A stretch of DNA of 64,000 nt, from positions 6,612-70,611 of IMG/VR virus record IMGVR_UViG_3300025151_000028; one strand, written 5' to 3'. Positions within the stretch are counted from its first letter, which is position 1. Every line of letters starts with the position of its first letter. The position numbers and the translations under genes are program-made. Source of the DNA: a virus. Under the pieces are notes generated by a model. The model did no database searches. It saw nothing but the letters and a program-made list of their open reading frames with translations, and was not told where the DNA came from. Positions 39,371 to 48,293 of this stretch are shown piece by piece.

Positions 39371-39944
39371 TCTTGATCTGATTTATTTGCTCAAATTGAT
39401 AGAAGAGCAGTATGACATACAACCTTTATATGAGGATAGTATGAAGATTGCTGCTCTGTATCAGAGCTTAATAAGAAAAGGACTGATAACTAAGGATGAG
39501 GAGAAGATAACAACTATTGGTAAAGATTTACTGAAGTTTGTTACTGATGAGAATACTAAAAAGATAATAAAACGTAAACCAATAACAACGGACTTTGAAG
39601 AGTGGTGGAAACAATACCCTCCTACAGATTCATTTACTATCAATGGTAAACAGTTCAAGGGAACTAGATCATTGCGTAGAGGTAAAGAGGAATGTAGGAG
39701 AAAATTTAAGACTATCATAGAGGAAGGAGAATACACTGCAAAACAACTAACAGATGCTCTAAAGTATGAGGTAAACCAAAAGGTTGAACGCTCAGTACGT
39801 GAGAGAAAAAATATAATGAGTTTTATGCAGGGCTCTATCCCTTATTTGAATCAACGAACATTTGAAAGCTTTATAGAGCTCATGGAGCAGAATAAAGATC
39901 AAGATGATGTAAGTGCAAACTCAGGAGGTCCCACAGATATTTAG
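39315..39944 (+). CDS. Putative replisome organizer/helicase loader
   Basis: FEEWWKQYP...YLNQRTFE, upstream of DnaB. Confidence 0.55.
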   Translation: MRMHISPQVFKELIKKSYSLDLIYLLKLIEEQYDIQPLYEDSMKIAALYQSLIRKGLITKDEEKITTIGKDLLKFVTDENTKKIIKRKPITTDFEEWWKQYPPTDSFTINGKQFKGTRSLRRGKEECRRKFKTIIEEGEYTAKQLTDALKYEVNQKVERSVRERKNIMSFMQGSIPYLNQRTFESFIELMEQNKDQDDVSANSGGPTDI

Positions 39945-39947
39945 ATT

Positions 39948-40091
39948 ATGCAAAACACACTAGAATTTAACGAGTGGATGAAAAAGATTAGAAGCAATTA
40001 TTATTCAGACGACAGACAGATGAATAATGCTTTTGAGAAACTAAGAAAAATAGCAAACAATAAAAATTATAAAGATGAAGATAATATTTAG
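39948..40091 (+). CDS. 47-aa hypothetical protein
   Basis: Own translation MQNTLEFNEWMKKIR... Confidence 0.5.
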   Translation: MQNTLEFNEWMKKIRSNYYSDDRQMNNAFEKLRKIANNKNYKDEDNI

Positions 40092-40191
40092 TATAATACT
40101 ATGGTTAGTAGTAGCAAGAGTAATGATATGGCTAGGTGGATACATATGGCCTGAGGATAGAGATAACTTTGATAACAATTTAAGATACTAG
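40075..40191 (+). CDS. 38-aa membrane peptide
   Basis: Own translation MKIIFSIILWLVVARVMIWLGGYIWPEDRD...; abuts the DnaB ATG. Confidence 0.5.
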   Translation: MKIIFSIILWLVVARVMIWLGGYIWPEDRDNFDNNLRY

Positions 40192-40192
40192 C

Positions 40193-41257
40193 ATGAGCTT
40201 TGAACTACTAAAGAAAGAAGTACAAAAAGGTATCGATGGCCGTAATGGTGGTATACCTATGGGTTTTGATAGGCTCAATAGGTACGTAGGTATCAGAAAG
40301 TCTATGTACTATCTTATTGGTGGTCTAACTGGTTCAGGTAAGACTAGTTTTATTGATGATGCTTTTGTTCTTAATCCTGTAGATTGGGCTCTATCAGAAG
40401 AAGGTAGAGCTTCAGGTATTAAGGTGAAGGTGTGGTATAGATCTATGGAGCGTAGTAGAACTTACAAGTTTGCTAAGTGGACTTCACGTAAAATATTTCT
40501 AGACCAGGGTATAATAATACCAGTTAATAAACTACTTGGTTGGACAGAGAAGATGACTAAAGATGAGCATGACTTATTTCTAATGTACGAAGACTACATG
40601 AATGAACTATCAGAAATTGTTACAATCATTGATGGTCCTGAGAATCCTGTAGGTATCGCTAAAGAGCTCAAAGCATATGCACTAGAGCGTGGTGAGATAG
40701 TACAAGAGAATAAGTATAACAAAATATATGTTCCAGACGATCCTAATGAGATAACTCTTGTTGTGTTGGATCATATTGGCCTACTTAAGACTACTAGAGA
40801 TCAACCAACAAAGAAACAAGCTATTGATAAGATGAGTGATGAGCTTAGATATGCTCGTGACTTCTATGGTCATAGTCCTGTTGTTGTTAGTCAGTTCAAC
40901 AGATCTATATCTAATCCCATCAGGATAAAGAATGGTGATGTTGAACCACAGCTAGAAGACTTTGCTGACAGTTCTACCACTCAAAACGATAGTGATGTGT
41001 GTATGGCCTTATTTGACCCTATGCGTTACAATGTTGAAGATCCATCTGGGTACAATCTAGGTAAACTTAGAGATGACTTTGGTGGTAAGTATTTTAGAAG
41101 CTTAAGATTAATCAAGAACAGTTATGGTGAAGATGATATCAGAATTGGTCTTGCATTCTTGGGCCAGATAGGTATGTTTAAAGAGCTACCTAGACGTAGA
41201 AACATAACTGATGCAGACTATGAGTCTGTAGTAAACAAATCATTTTTTATATCATGA
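40193..41257 (+). CDS. dnaB: Replicative DnaB-like helicase
   Basis: GLTGSGKTS, SMER, VLDHIGL, VSQFNR, QNDSD, IKNSYG. Confidence 0.88.
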   Translation: MSFELLKKEVQKGIDGRNGGIPMGFDRLNRYVGIRKSMYYLIGGLTGSGKTSFIDDAFVLNPVDWALSEEGRASGIKVKVWYRSMERSRTYKFAKWTSRKIFLDQGIIIPVNKLLGWTEKMTKDEHDLFLMYEDYMNELSEIVTIIDGPENPVGIAKELKAYALERGEIVQENKYNKIYVPDDPNEITLVVLDHIGLLKTTRDQPTKKQAIDKMSDELRYARDFYGHSPVVVSQFNRSISNPIRIKNGDVEPQLEDFADSSTTQNDSDVCMALFDPMRYNVEDPSGYNLGKLRDDFGGKYFRSLRLIKNSYGEDDIRIGLAFLGQIGMFKELPRRRNITDADYESVVNKSFFIS

Positions 41258-42339
41258 CATTAAGAGATAAACGACAAGCAGAGTTTGCTGATATGTGGTG
41301 GAATCATGGAAAGTTTGGGATCCTAAACTTATGTCCGAGGTTTGGTAAGATAAGAACTACAATTAACATCTTGAAGAAGATGAAACCTAACTGTAGTATC
41401 CTTATTGCCTATCCTGATAACAAGATTAAACAGTCTTGGATAGAGGACTTTGAGGAGATGGACTATGAGAATGATAATATTACATACACAACACACCTGT
41501 CTATACATAAGCACACAGGTACAGAGTTTGACATAGTTGTTATTGATGAGATACATCTACTATCAGAAGCACAGATAGGTGCATGTGTAGATTTGTTCTC
41601 TATCAATGATAATATACTTGGCCTCACTGGTACACTATCTAGATGGACAAAGCGTACACTTAGAGATGACTTATCACTATCTGTAGTTGCAGAATATCCT
41701 ATTGAAAAAGCAATTGAAGAAGGTGTTATAGTTGACTACCAGATAACCGTAGTGAAGGTGCCACTAGATAACATTGTTCGCAATGAGTATGGAAAGAAGA
41801 AAATCAAGAAGACAGAGTTGCAACAGTTTAAGTATCTATCAGGTACTATAAACAGAATGATGTATAGTGGTGGTAACACTATGTTTATGAGACTAGCAAG
41901 GATGCGTCTCATCCAGAGTAGCTTAGCTAAGCTAAACAAAACCAAACAACTGTTAAATCAGTATAAGGATGAGCGTGTTCTTGTATTTTGTGGTACTACA
42001 AAGATAGCAGATAGTCTAGGTGTACCATCACATCATAGTAAATCTAAGGATAAAGATGCCTTTAAGAGATTTGCTGAAGGTGAGGGTAAACACATGGCTG
42101 TTGTGAAGATTGGTAATACAGGAATCACATATAAACCATTAAACAAGGTTATTATAAACTATTTTGATAGTAACGCAGAGAATCTTGCACAGAAGATTAA
42201 TAGATGTATGGCCATGGAGTACAATACTCCTGATAAAAAAGCGGACATATACATCATCTCTTCTCAAGAGAATGTAGAAGAAAAGTGGCTTAATAAAGCA
42301 CTAGAATTCTTTGATAAAAAGAAGATAAATTACGCATAA
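41254..42339 (+). CDS. Superfamily II helicase
   Basis: CPRFGK, VIDEIH, GLTGT, QKINR. Confidence 0.8.
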   Translation: MTLRDKRQAEFADMWWNHGKFGILNLCPRFGKIRTTINILKKMKPNCSILIAYPDNKIKQSWIEDFEEMDYENDNITYTTHLSIHKHTGTEFDIVVIDEIHLLSEAQIGACVDLFSINDNILGLTGTLSRWTKRTLRDDLSLSVVAEYPIEKAIEEGVIVDYQITVVKVPLDNIVRNEYGKKKIKKTELQQFKYLSGTINRMMYSGGNTMFMRLARMRLIQSSLAKLNKTKQLLNQYKDERVLVFCGTTKIADSLGVPSHHSKSKDKDAFKRFAEGEGKHMAVVKIGNTGITYKPLNKVIINYFDSNAENLAQKINRCMAMEYNTPDKKADIYIISSQENVEEKWLNKALEFFDKKKINYA

Positions 42340-42344
42340 TTTCG

Positions 42345-42352
42345 TATATTTG
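42345..42352 (+). promoter_or_regulatory. Bacteroidota -7 promoter element
   Basis: TATATTTG 33 nt before the ATG at 42386. Confidence 0.5.
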
Positions 42353-42385
42353 TCAAGTTAATAATTACATAATAAATAAATAAAA

Positions 42386-43054
42386 ATGAGTTCAAAATTA
42401 ATTGGAATTGTTGGTGAAACTGGGACAGGTAAGTCAACAGCGATTAAACATTTAGATCCTAAAGAAACGTACATTATCAATGTTGCAAAGAAAGAATTGC
42501 CCTTCAAAGGATCAGGCAAGCTTTACAATGCTGATAACAAAAACTACAAAGAGGTAGATGATCCTACACAAATCACAAGACTTCTAAAGACTCTCTCTGA
42601 GAAAGCACCACACATTAAAAACGTGGTGATAGAGGATAGTAACTATCTTATGGGTTTCCGTATGGTAGAGAAAGCTACAGAAACAGGCTTTATGAAGTTT
42701 AGTGTAATGGCTAAAGACATGGTTGACATGTTTAGAACAGCTAGAGCATTACGTGATGACATGTGTATATTTTATTTCTCTCATCCAGAAACAATAGAAG
42801 ATGCTGGTGAGATAATAGGATACAAAATTAAAACTGCAGGTAAATTAATTGACAATCAAGTATTGTTAGAAGGATTATTAACTGTATGTTTGTATACACA
42901 TGTAGAGGAAACAAAGGATGGAGCAAACTATTATTTCTTAACTAATCGTTTTAGAAAGAAACCTGCTAAAAGTCCTGATGGTATGTTTGAAGAAACAAAA
43001 ATACCTAACAATCTACAGCTAGTAAAAGACAATGTAATAGAATATTATAATTAA
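42386..43054 (+). CDS. P-loop ATPase (AAA_24/Sak4-like)
   Basis: GETGTGKST, VVIED, AKSPDGMF. Confidence 0.8.
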   Translation: MSSKLIGIVGETGTGKSTAIKHLDPKETYIINVAKKELPFKGSGKLYNADNKNYKEVDDPTQITRLLKTLSEKAPHIKNVVIEDSNYLMGFRMVEKATETGFMKFSVMAKDMVDMFRTARALRDDMCIFYFSHPETIEDAGEIIGYKIKTAGKLIDNQVLLEGLLTVCLYTHVEETKDGANYYFLTNRFRKKPAKSPDGMFEETKIPNNLQLVKDNVIEYYN

Positions 43055-43072
43055 TAATTAAAATTAAAATTT

Positions 43073-43954
43073 ATGAGTACAATTGGAGGAGTAAAAAGAG
43101 AATCCGCAATCAACAGTGAAAACACAGCTTACCCAAAAAAGGTGGGCTTATTTGAAGCAGACATAATTGCAATTAACCCAACTATAGAAGAGTATAGTAC
43201 ATTGCTAGGAATGGAACTTAATCCAGAAAGCAAAGCTACTGAGTATCTAGGTACTACTAAAGATGGTAATACATATCTTCGTGTGGATGTATGGTTAAAG
43301 CAAATCAAGACAGAGAATCAATTCAAGGTGAGTTTCTTCTTGGAAGATAAAGAAAGAGAGAACCGTGATGGGACTAAGAAACAGTATATAAACAGTGTAG
43401 GTATGACAGCTTGGGCTGCTGATGAGAATGACTTATGGGACTGGTTTACTAATGGACGTGACTATCGTGTTGCATATGTTGGTGAGGAAGACTTATATGA
43501 GTTTGTTCGTACTTGGTTAGGTAAGTTGGATTATCGTCATGCAGATACAGTTCTACAGCTAGACTGGAAGAAACTTATGCGTGGTAATATTGGTGACCTT
43601 AAAAGTGAGGTAAATGGTGAATGGTGTAACACTGTTGTAGCACTAGCAACTGTAGTTGTTAAAGAGCGTGATGGTGAGACTAAAGAATACCAAGGTATCT
43701 ACAACAAAGGTTTCCTATCTGGATATACAATGAAACAGTTTAGACTGGTTGATTATACAGACAAACGTACACTTGATAGTCTTAGATCTAGAAAACCACG
43801 TGAACTTAAACCACATGAAAGATTTGTAGTTCGTGTGAGTGGTGAGTATGGTTGTAAAGACTATTACATTCTAAAAGAAATTGAAGAGTATAACCCTGGT
43901 GATAATCTTGTCGCCTCTGATAGTTATATATCAGATGATGGGTCAGACTACTAA
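43073..43954 (+). CDS. Putative single-stranded DNA-binding protein
   Basis: Follows the Sak4-like ATPase; acidic C-tail ending DDGSDY. Confidence 0.5.
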   Translation: MSTIGGVKRESAINSENTAYPKKVGLFEADIIAINPTIEEYSTLLGMELNPESKATEYLGTTKDGNTYLRVDVWLKQIKTENQFKVSFFLEDKERENRDGTKKQYINSVGMTAWAADENDLWDWFTNGRDYRVAYVGEEDLYEFVRTWLGKLDYRHADTVLQLDWKKLMRGNIGDLKSEVNGEWCNTVVALATVVVKERDGETKEYQGIYNKGFLSGYTMKQFRLVDYTDKRTLDSLRSRKPRELKPHERFVVRVSGEYGCKDYYILKEIEEYNPGDNLVASDSYISDDGSDY

Positions 43955-43971
43955 CCAAACCAATGTATAAT

Positions 43972-44004
43972 AAGAGCCCTCTTCAGAAATGTTGAGGGCT
44001 TTTT
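43972..44004 (+). terminator. Rho-independent terminator
   Basis: AGCCCTC-loop-GAGGGCT then TTTTT. Confidence 0.8.
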
Positions 44005-44017
44005 TAATATAAAACTT

Positions 44018-45025
44018 ATGATAAAGGGAAAGAAGTATGTACGTGTAAGTGCAGAGTTAATACTATCTAAAATATCAGAGTATGATATCTTCAGGTTTTA
44101 TATGCCCAGTAAGGATTGGAAGTTAGGACAGGCAACATATTCTCCATTCAGAGATGAGAGGAATCCATCATTTCTAGTTGGAGTTAGAGGAGATACTATA
44201 ATGTTTATTGACTTTGGTGATACTAGTATGAAAGGAGATTGTTTTGAGTTCGTAAAGAAGCTCTACAACATTCCTACATTTCATGAAGTGCTAATTAAGA
44301 TTGATAATGATTTTAACTTAGGAATAAGTTCAGGATCTGATTCAAAAGAATACAAGAAGATAATTAAGTCTTACTCTCAACCAGAGCTGGTGAGTAAAGA
44401 TTATTCTTTTATTCAGGTGAAGACTAGAAACTTCACACATGAAGAGTTAGCTTATTGGAATGAATACTATCAAGACATTGAAGATCTCAAAGCTAATAAT
44501 GTATTCTCAGTTGCTGAGGTGTATCTAAACAAGAAGCGTATTGTTATACCAGACAATGAGCTTAGGTTTGGGTATCTCTATGATGGCCACTGGAAGATAT
44601 ACAGACCATTCTCTGATAGAAGATGGAAATGGATGCCTAATAATGTACCAATCACCGCTATGGATGGTAAAGATGACATCAAGAATTGTGATGTTGCATT
44701 TATCAACAAGAGTAAGAAAGACTACATGGTTATGAAGAAACTATATCCATGCTGTTGTGCTGTTCAGAATGAAGGTATGGGTTGTTTCTCTGATGAGAAT
44801 GTACAATTCTTACTGGATAACTCAAACAGACAAATACTATCATTCGATAGCGATGAAACAGGTGTATCTAATAGTAAGAAGATTACTGAGATGTTTGGAT
44901 TTGACTATTGTAATGTACCCAGAAAGTTCCTAAAAGATGGAATTAAGGACTGGGCAGATCTTGCAAGAGTTCACGGACTAAAAGTAATAGAAGAATATTT
45001 AATAAATAAAAACATAATACAATAA
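44018..45025 (+). CDS. DNA primase (Toprim)
   Basis: SPFRDERNPSF, DFG, KSKKD, FDSDETG, KDWAD. Confidence 0.85.
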   Translation: MIKGKKYVRVSAELILSKISEYDIFRFYMPSKDWKLGQATYSPFRDERNPSFLVGVRGDTIMFIDFGDTSMKGDCFEFVKKLYNIPTFHEVLIKIDNDFNLGISSGSDSKEYKKIIKSYSQPELVSKDYSFIQVKTRNFTHEELAYWNEYYQDIEDLKANNVFSVAEVYLNKKRIVIPDNELRFGYLYDGHWKIYRPFSDRRWKWMPNNVPITAMDGKDDIKNCDVAFINKSKKDYMVMKKLYPCCCAVQNEGMGCFSDENVQFLLDNSNRQILSFDSDETGVSNSKKITEMFGFDYCNVPRKFLKDGIKDWADLARVHGLKVIEEYLINKNIIQ

Positions 45026-45027
45026 AA

Positions 45028-45822
45028 ATGAAAAGAGCAATTACAACTGCTGTTGAGGCTAGAAATATTATGCTATCAGCACCAATACCCAAAGAAACAA
45101 AGACCTACAAACCTGTAAGTCATCAAGAACTTATAGATTTAACGCTTGAGAGTATATATCAATCAGGGTATACACTTGAAAAGCAAACCTATTCTACAGC
45201 AAGAGAGGGTAATGTAGCAAACGGACGCTACACTATATCTAATGTTGGAGATAGTGAAATGAAACTACAGATAGGTTGGCAAAACAGCTATGATAGAAGC
45301 TTAGCGCTTAAGTTTGCACTTGGTACAAGTATTATTATTTGTTCTAATGGTATGGTCAAAGGAGATCATGGAGCATTCAGAAAGAAGCATCAAGGAGACA
45401 TACAAACATTTACACCAGCAGCTATATCAGAATATATTAAAGGTGGAGGTGACGCTTTTGAAGACTTACAAAAGGATCGTGATATGTTAAAGCAATACGA
45501 AGCTACAGATAAGATTCAAGCAGAAGTGATAGGTAGTTTGTTTCTTCAAGAGGAAATCATTTCATCATCACAACTAAATATAATTAAGAAGGAACTCAAA
45601 ACTCCAACTCACAACTATAGTGCAGAAGGAAGCATGTGGGAGCTGTATAACAATGTTACATTTGCTATGAAGCAATCACATCCATCAGATTGGATGCAAG
45701 ATCATATAGATGTTCATAACTTCTTTATTAATCACACCAATAATATTACTCAAGAGGTGAAAGCAGATGCAGATATGTTTGCAGCTGTACTTAAGAATCA
45801 ATTAGATATGTTTGAATCATGA
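45028..45822 (+). CDS. DUF932-like protein
   Basis: NSYDRS, CSNGM, KKH, WELYNNVT. Confidence 0.7.
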   Translation: MKRAITTAVEARNIMLSAPIPKETKTYKPVSHQELIDLTLESIYQSGYTLEKQTYSTAREGNVANGRYTISNVGDSEMKLQIGWQNSYDRSLALKFALGTSIIICSNGMVKGDHGAFRKKHQGDIQTFTPAAISEYIKGGGDAFEDLQKDRDMLKQYEATDKIQAEVIGSLFLQEEIISSSQLNIIKKELKTPTHNYSAEGSMWELYNNVTFAMKQSHPSDWMQDHIDVHNFFINHTNNITQEVKADADMFAAVLKNQLDMFES

Positions 45823-46052
45823 CAGTTAGTGAATATGTAAACAACCTTGTACAGTTGTTAAAAAAAGATCCTGAGATAGGTGAATTAGAAGTAATCTATT
45901 CTCAGGACGCAGAGGGTAACTCTTACGAGAAGGTATTCTACACTCCATCACTCATGAAGACAGATGGATTAGAGAATGCATATGTCACAGGGGTGAGAAA
46001 TATAGACCCATATGAGATAGATGTAGAAACAAGTGCATTATGTATTAACTGA
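45819..46052 (+). CDS. Hypothetical protein
   Basis: 77 aa, SQDAEGNSY. Confidence 0.65.
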   Translation: MTVSEYVNNLVQLLKKDPEIGELEVIYSQDAEGNSYEKVFYTPSLMKTDGLENAYVTGVRNIDPYEIDVETSALCIN

Positions 46053-46053
46053 T

Positions 46054-46929
46054 ATGGGAGGAATAGTAGTAACAGGAGGTGCAGGATTCATAGGATCTCA
46101 TCTCGTTGAAAGATTGGAAGAGCTCAATAAACAAGTATCAATAATTGATAACTTCAGTACTGGCAAGATGCTAAACTTTTCAAATCTGCATTACAAGCCT
46201 TATGTAACGATTTATGAATTAGGAAGCGATAGTTGGGGTGAATTGCATGATGTTATAGGGCTTGAAACTCTTATTCACTTAGCTGCACCTGTATCAGTTG
46301 AAGAGAGTTTGTCAAACCCAGATAAATATCATCGTCAAATTGTAGAAGGTAGTGCTCAGTTGTTTGATTGGGCAATAAGGAATGGCTGTAAGAACATAGT
46401 GGTAGCATCAACAGCTGCTGTATATGGAGATACAGAAACATTTCCTACAACAGAAGATAGTAAGTTATCTCCTAGATCACCTTATGCATCATGTAAACTA
46501 GCAATGGAAGAGCTTTGTACAAAATATGATGCAAACTTTTCAGTGCTAAGATTCTTCAATGTATTTGGAGAAAGACAGAAAGAGAGTGGAGGATATGTAT
46601 CAGCTATACCTATATTCTATAAACAATATGGAAACCGTGATAGCTTAACAGTTACAGGAGATGGTCAACAGACCAGAGACTTTATATATGTTAAAGATGT
46701 TGTTGATGCTATTATAGCTTCAATAGGTTGCAATGGTGTTTGGAATGTAGGATCTGGTGAAGAGGTTAAGATTATAGATGTGGCTAAGGCATTTAGTGAC
46801 AATATAGAGTTTATACCTGCTAGAAAAGAAGCTAAGCGGTCTCTTAGTGATATAACAAAGATAAAAGAAGACTTGGGATGGTCTCCACAAGTAAGTTTAA
46901 TTAATTGGATAAAATCAATAAAAAAATGA
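46054..46929 (+). CDS. NAD-dependent nucleotide-sugar epimerase/dehydratase (extended SDR)
   Basis: TGGAGFIGSH, HLAA, STAAVYG, YASCK, RFFNVFG, GDGQQTRDFIYV. Confidence 0.92.
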   Translation: MGGIVVTGGAGFIGSHLVERLEELNKQVSIIDNFSTGKMLNFSNLHYKPYVTIYELGSDSWGELHDVIGLETLIHLAAPVSVEESLSNPDKYHRQIVEGSAQLFDWAIRNGCKNIVVASTAAVYGDTETFPTTEDSKLSPRSPYASCKLAMEELCTKYDANFSVLRFFNVFGERQKESGGYVSAIPIFYKQYGNRDSLTVTGDGQQTRDFIYVKDVVDAIIASIGCNGVWNVGSGEEVKIIDVAKAFSDNIEFIPARKEAKRSLSDITKIKEDLGWSPQVSLINWIKSIKK

Positions 46930-47648
46930 AATGGGATAATTTTAAAGAACACTTCCACCCATCGTGGCACGGTAAAATGAAACCATTTATAGAAAGCAAT
47001 GAGTGCGATGAGATATATGCATTCTTGAAGAAAGAGAGTAAGAGGGGCAAGCAGATTGCTCCTCTGTCATCTCAGGTCTATAGATGTTTCAAAGAGACAC
47101 CACTTGGTGAAGTGAAAGCAGTGATTGTGGGCATGTGTCCCTATCACACATTTAAGAATGGATTACCTGTAGCAGATGGTCTGCTTATGGGTTGTTCAGT
47201 GACAGGTTATGTACAACCTTCTCTAAAGCAATTTTACAATGCACTTGAGAACGAGTTTCACAGAGGTCTTAATCTGAGTTATGATCCATCTCCTGATGTA
47301 ACCTATCTAGCAGAGCAGGGAATACTAATGCTTAACGTAGCGCTCACCACTGAGAAGAACAAAGCTGGTAGTCACATAGATATATGGGAACCGTTTACAA
47401 AGTATTTGTTTGAAGAGGTTCTTAATCCGCTAGGTGTACCATATGTTTTTCTTGGTAAAGATGCTGGTAGATACAAAAGGTATGCAGGAATATTTGCTCA
47501 CACATTTGTTGTGAGTCACCCAGCTAGTGCTTCTTACAAAGGAGTTGATTGGGATAGTGAGGGTGTGTTTACAAAAGTGGATACACTAATTTATGAAAAC
47601 AACGGATTTAGCATCAACTGGTTAAAAGATGCAGAAGATCCATTTTAA
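46926..47648 (+). CDS. ung: Uracil-DNA glycosylase family 1-like (variant active site)
   Basis: VKAVIVGMCPYH, ADGL, PSL, QGILMLN, GSH, HPAS. Confidence 0.8.
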   Translation: MKWDNFKEHFHPSWHGKMKPFIESNECDEIYAFLKKESKRGKQIAPLSSQVYRCFKETPLGEVKAVIVGMCPYHTFKNGLPVADGLLMGCSVTGYVQPSLKQFYNALENEFHRGLNLSYDPSPDVTYLAEQGILMLNVALTTEKNKAGSHIDIWEPFTKYLFEEVLNPLGVPYVFLGKDAGRYKRYAGIFAHTFVVSHPASASYKGVDWDSEGVFTKVDTLIYENNGFSINWLKDAEDPF

Positions 47649-47659
47649 AAACAGAAACA

Positions 47660-48001
47660 ATGATAAGAGGAACATTAACAGAAGATCCTGGTATATTAGA
47701 ACCAGGAGATGAGATTATTACTTGCCATGGCTCAGAGATGAGATGTTATGTAATAGAAGAAATACCACGAGTTAGTAAACTAAAAACATGGCATAACGGT
47801 AGAACACGATACATAGCTGTAAAGTCTAGAGCTGCTTTGACACAAAAGACCACTTCACATGTAAATCAATGGACTGGTAAAACTTATACTCACACTTATA
47901 AAACGTATGAGTTCAGAGTGCCTAATGAGAATGATCCAATAATAAAAGTGGATCTAAACTGGAAACAAATATATATAATTAATAAATTTAAAAATGGATA
48001 A
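47660..48001 (+). CDS. Hypothetical protein
   Basis: 113 aa; paralog of the next gene. Confidence 0.7.
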   Translation: MIRGTLTEDPGILEPGDEIITCHGSEMRCYVIEEIPRVSKLKTWHNGRTRYIAVKSRAALTQKTTSHVNQWTGKTYTHTYKTYEFRVPNENDPIIKVDLNWKQIYIINKFKNG

Positions 48002-48278
48002 CACAGTAAACAGACCGATTAAGAAAGAAGAACTTCAAGTGGGAGATGAAGTTATTGTACGAGGTGTAGACCTCAACTACATGCAAATTGTAAGGCCACC
48101 TATGCCAAAACAATACAAAGACTATCAAGGAAACCCTTACACAGGATACACATCAGCTGTATGTAATAGAATCAACAGTAAGTTTGGTAGGAAATGGAAT
48201 TCAGATGATAAACAGAATGTAAGATTTGACTTTGAATATAAGTCAATCTGGTTAGTAAAACGAGGAGATAACAATTAA
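47994..48278 (+). CDS. Hypothetical protein
   Basis: 94 aa; paralog of the previous gene. Confidence 0.7.
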   Translation: MDNTVNRPIKKEELQVGDEVIVRGVDLNYMQIVRPPMPKQYKDYQGNPYTGYTSAVCNRINSKFGRKWNSDDKQNVRFDFEYKSIWLVKRGDNN

Positions 48279-48293
48279 TAAATAAGAACAGAA

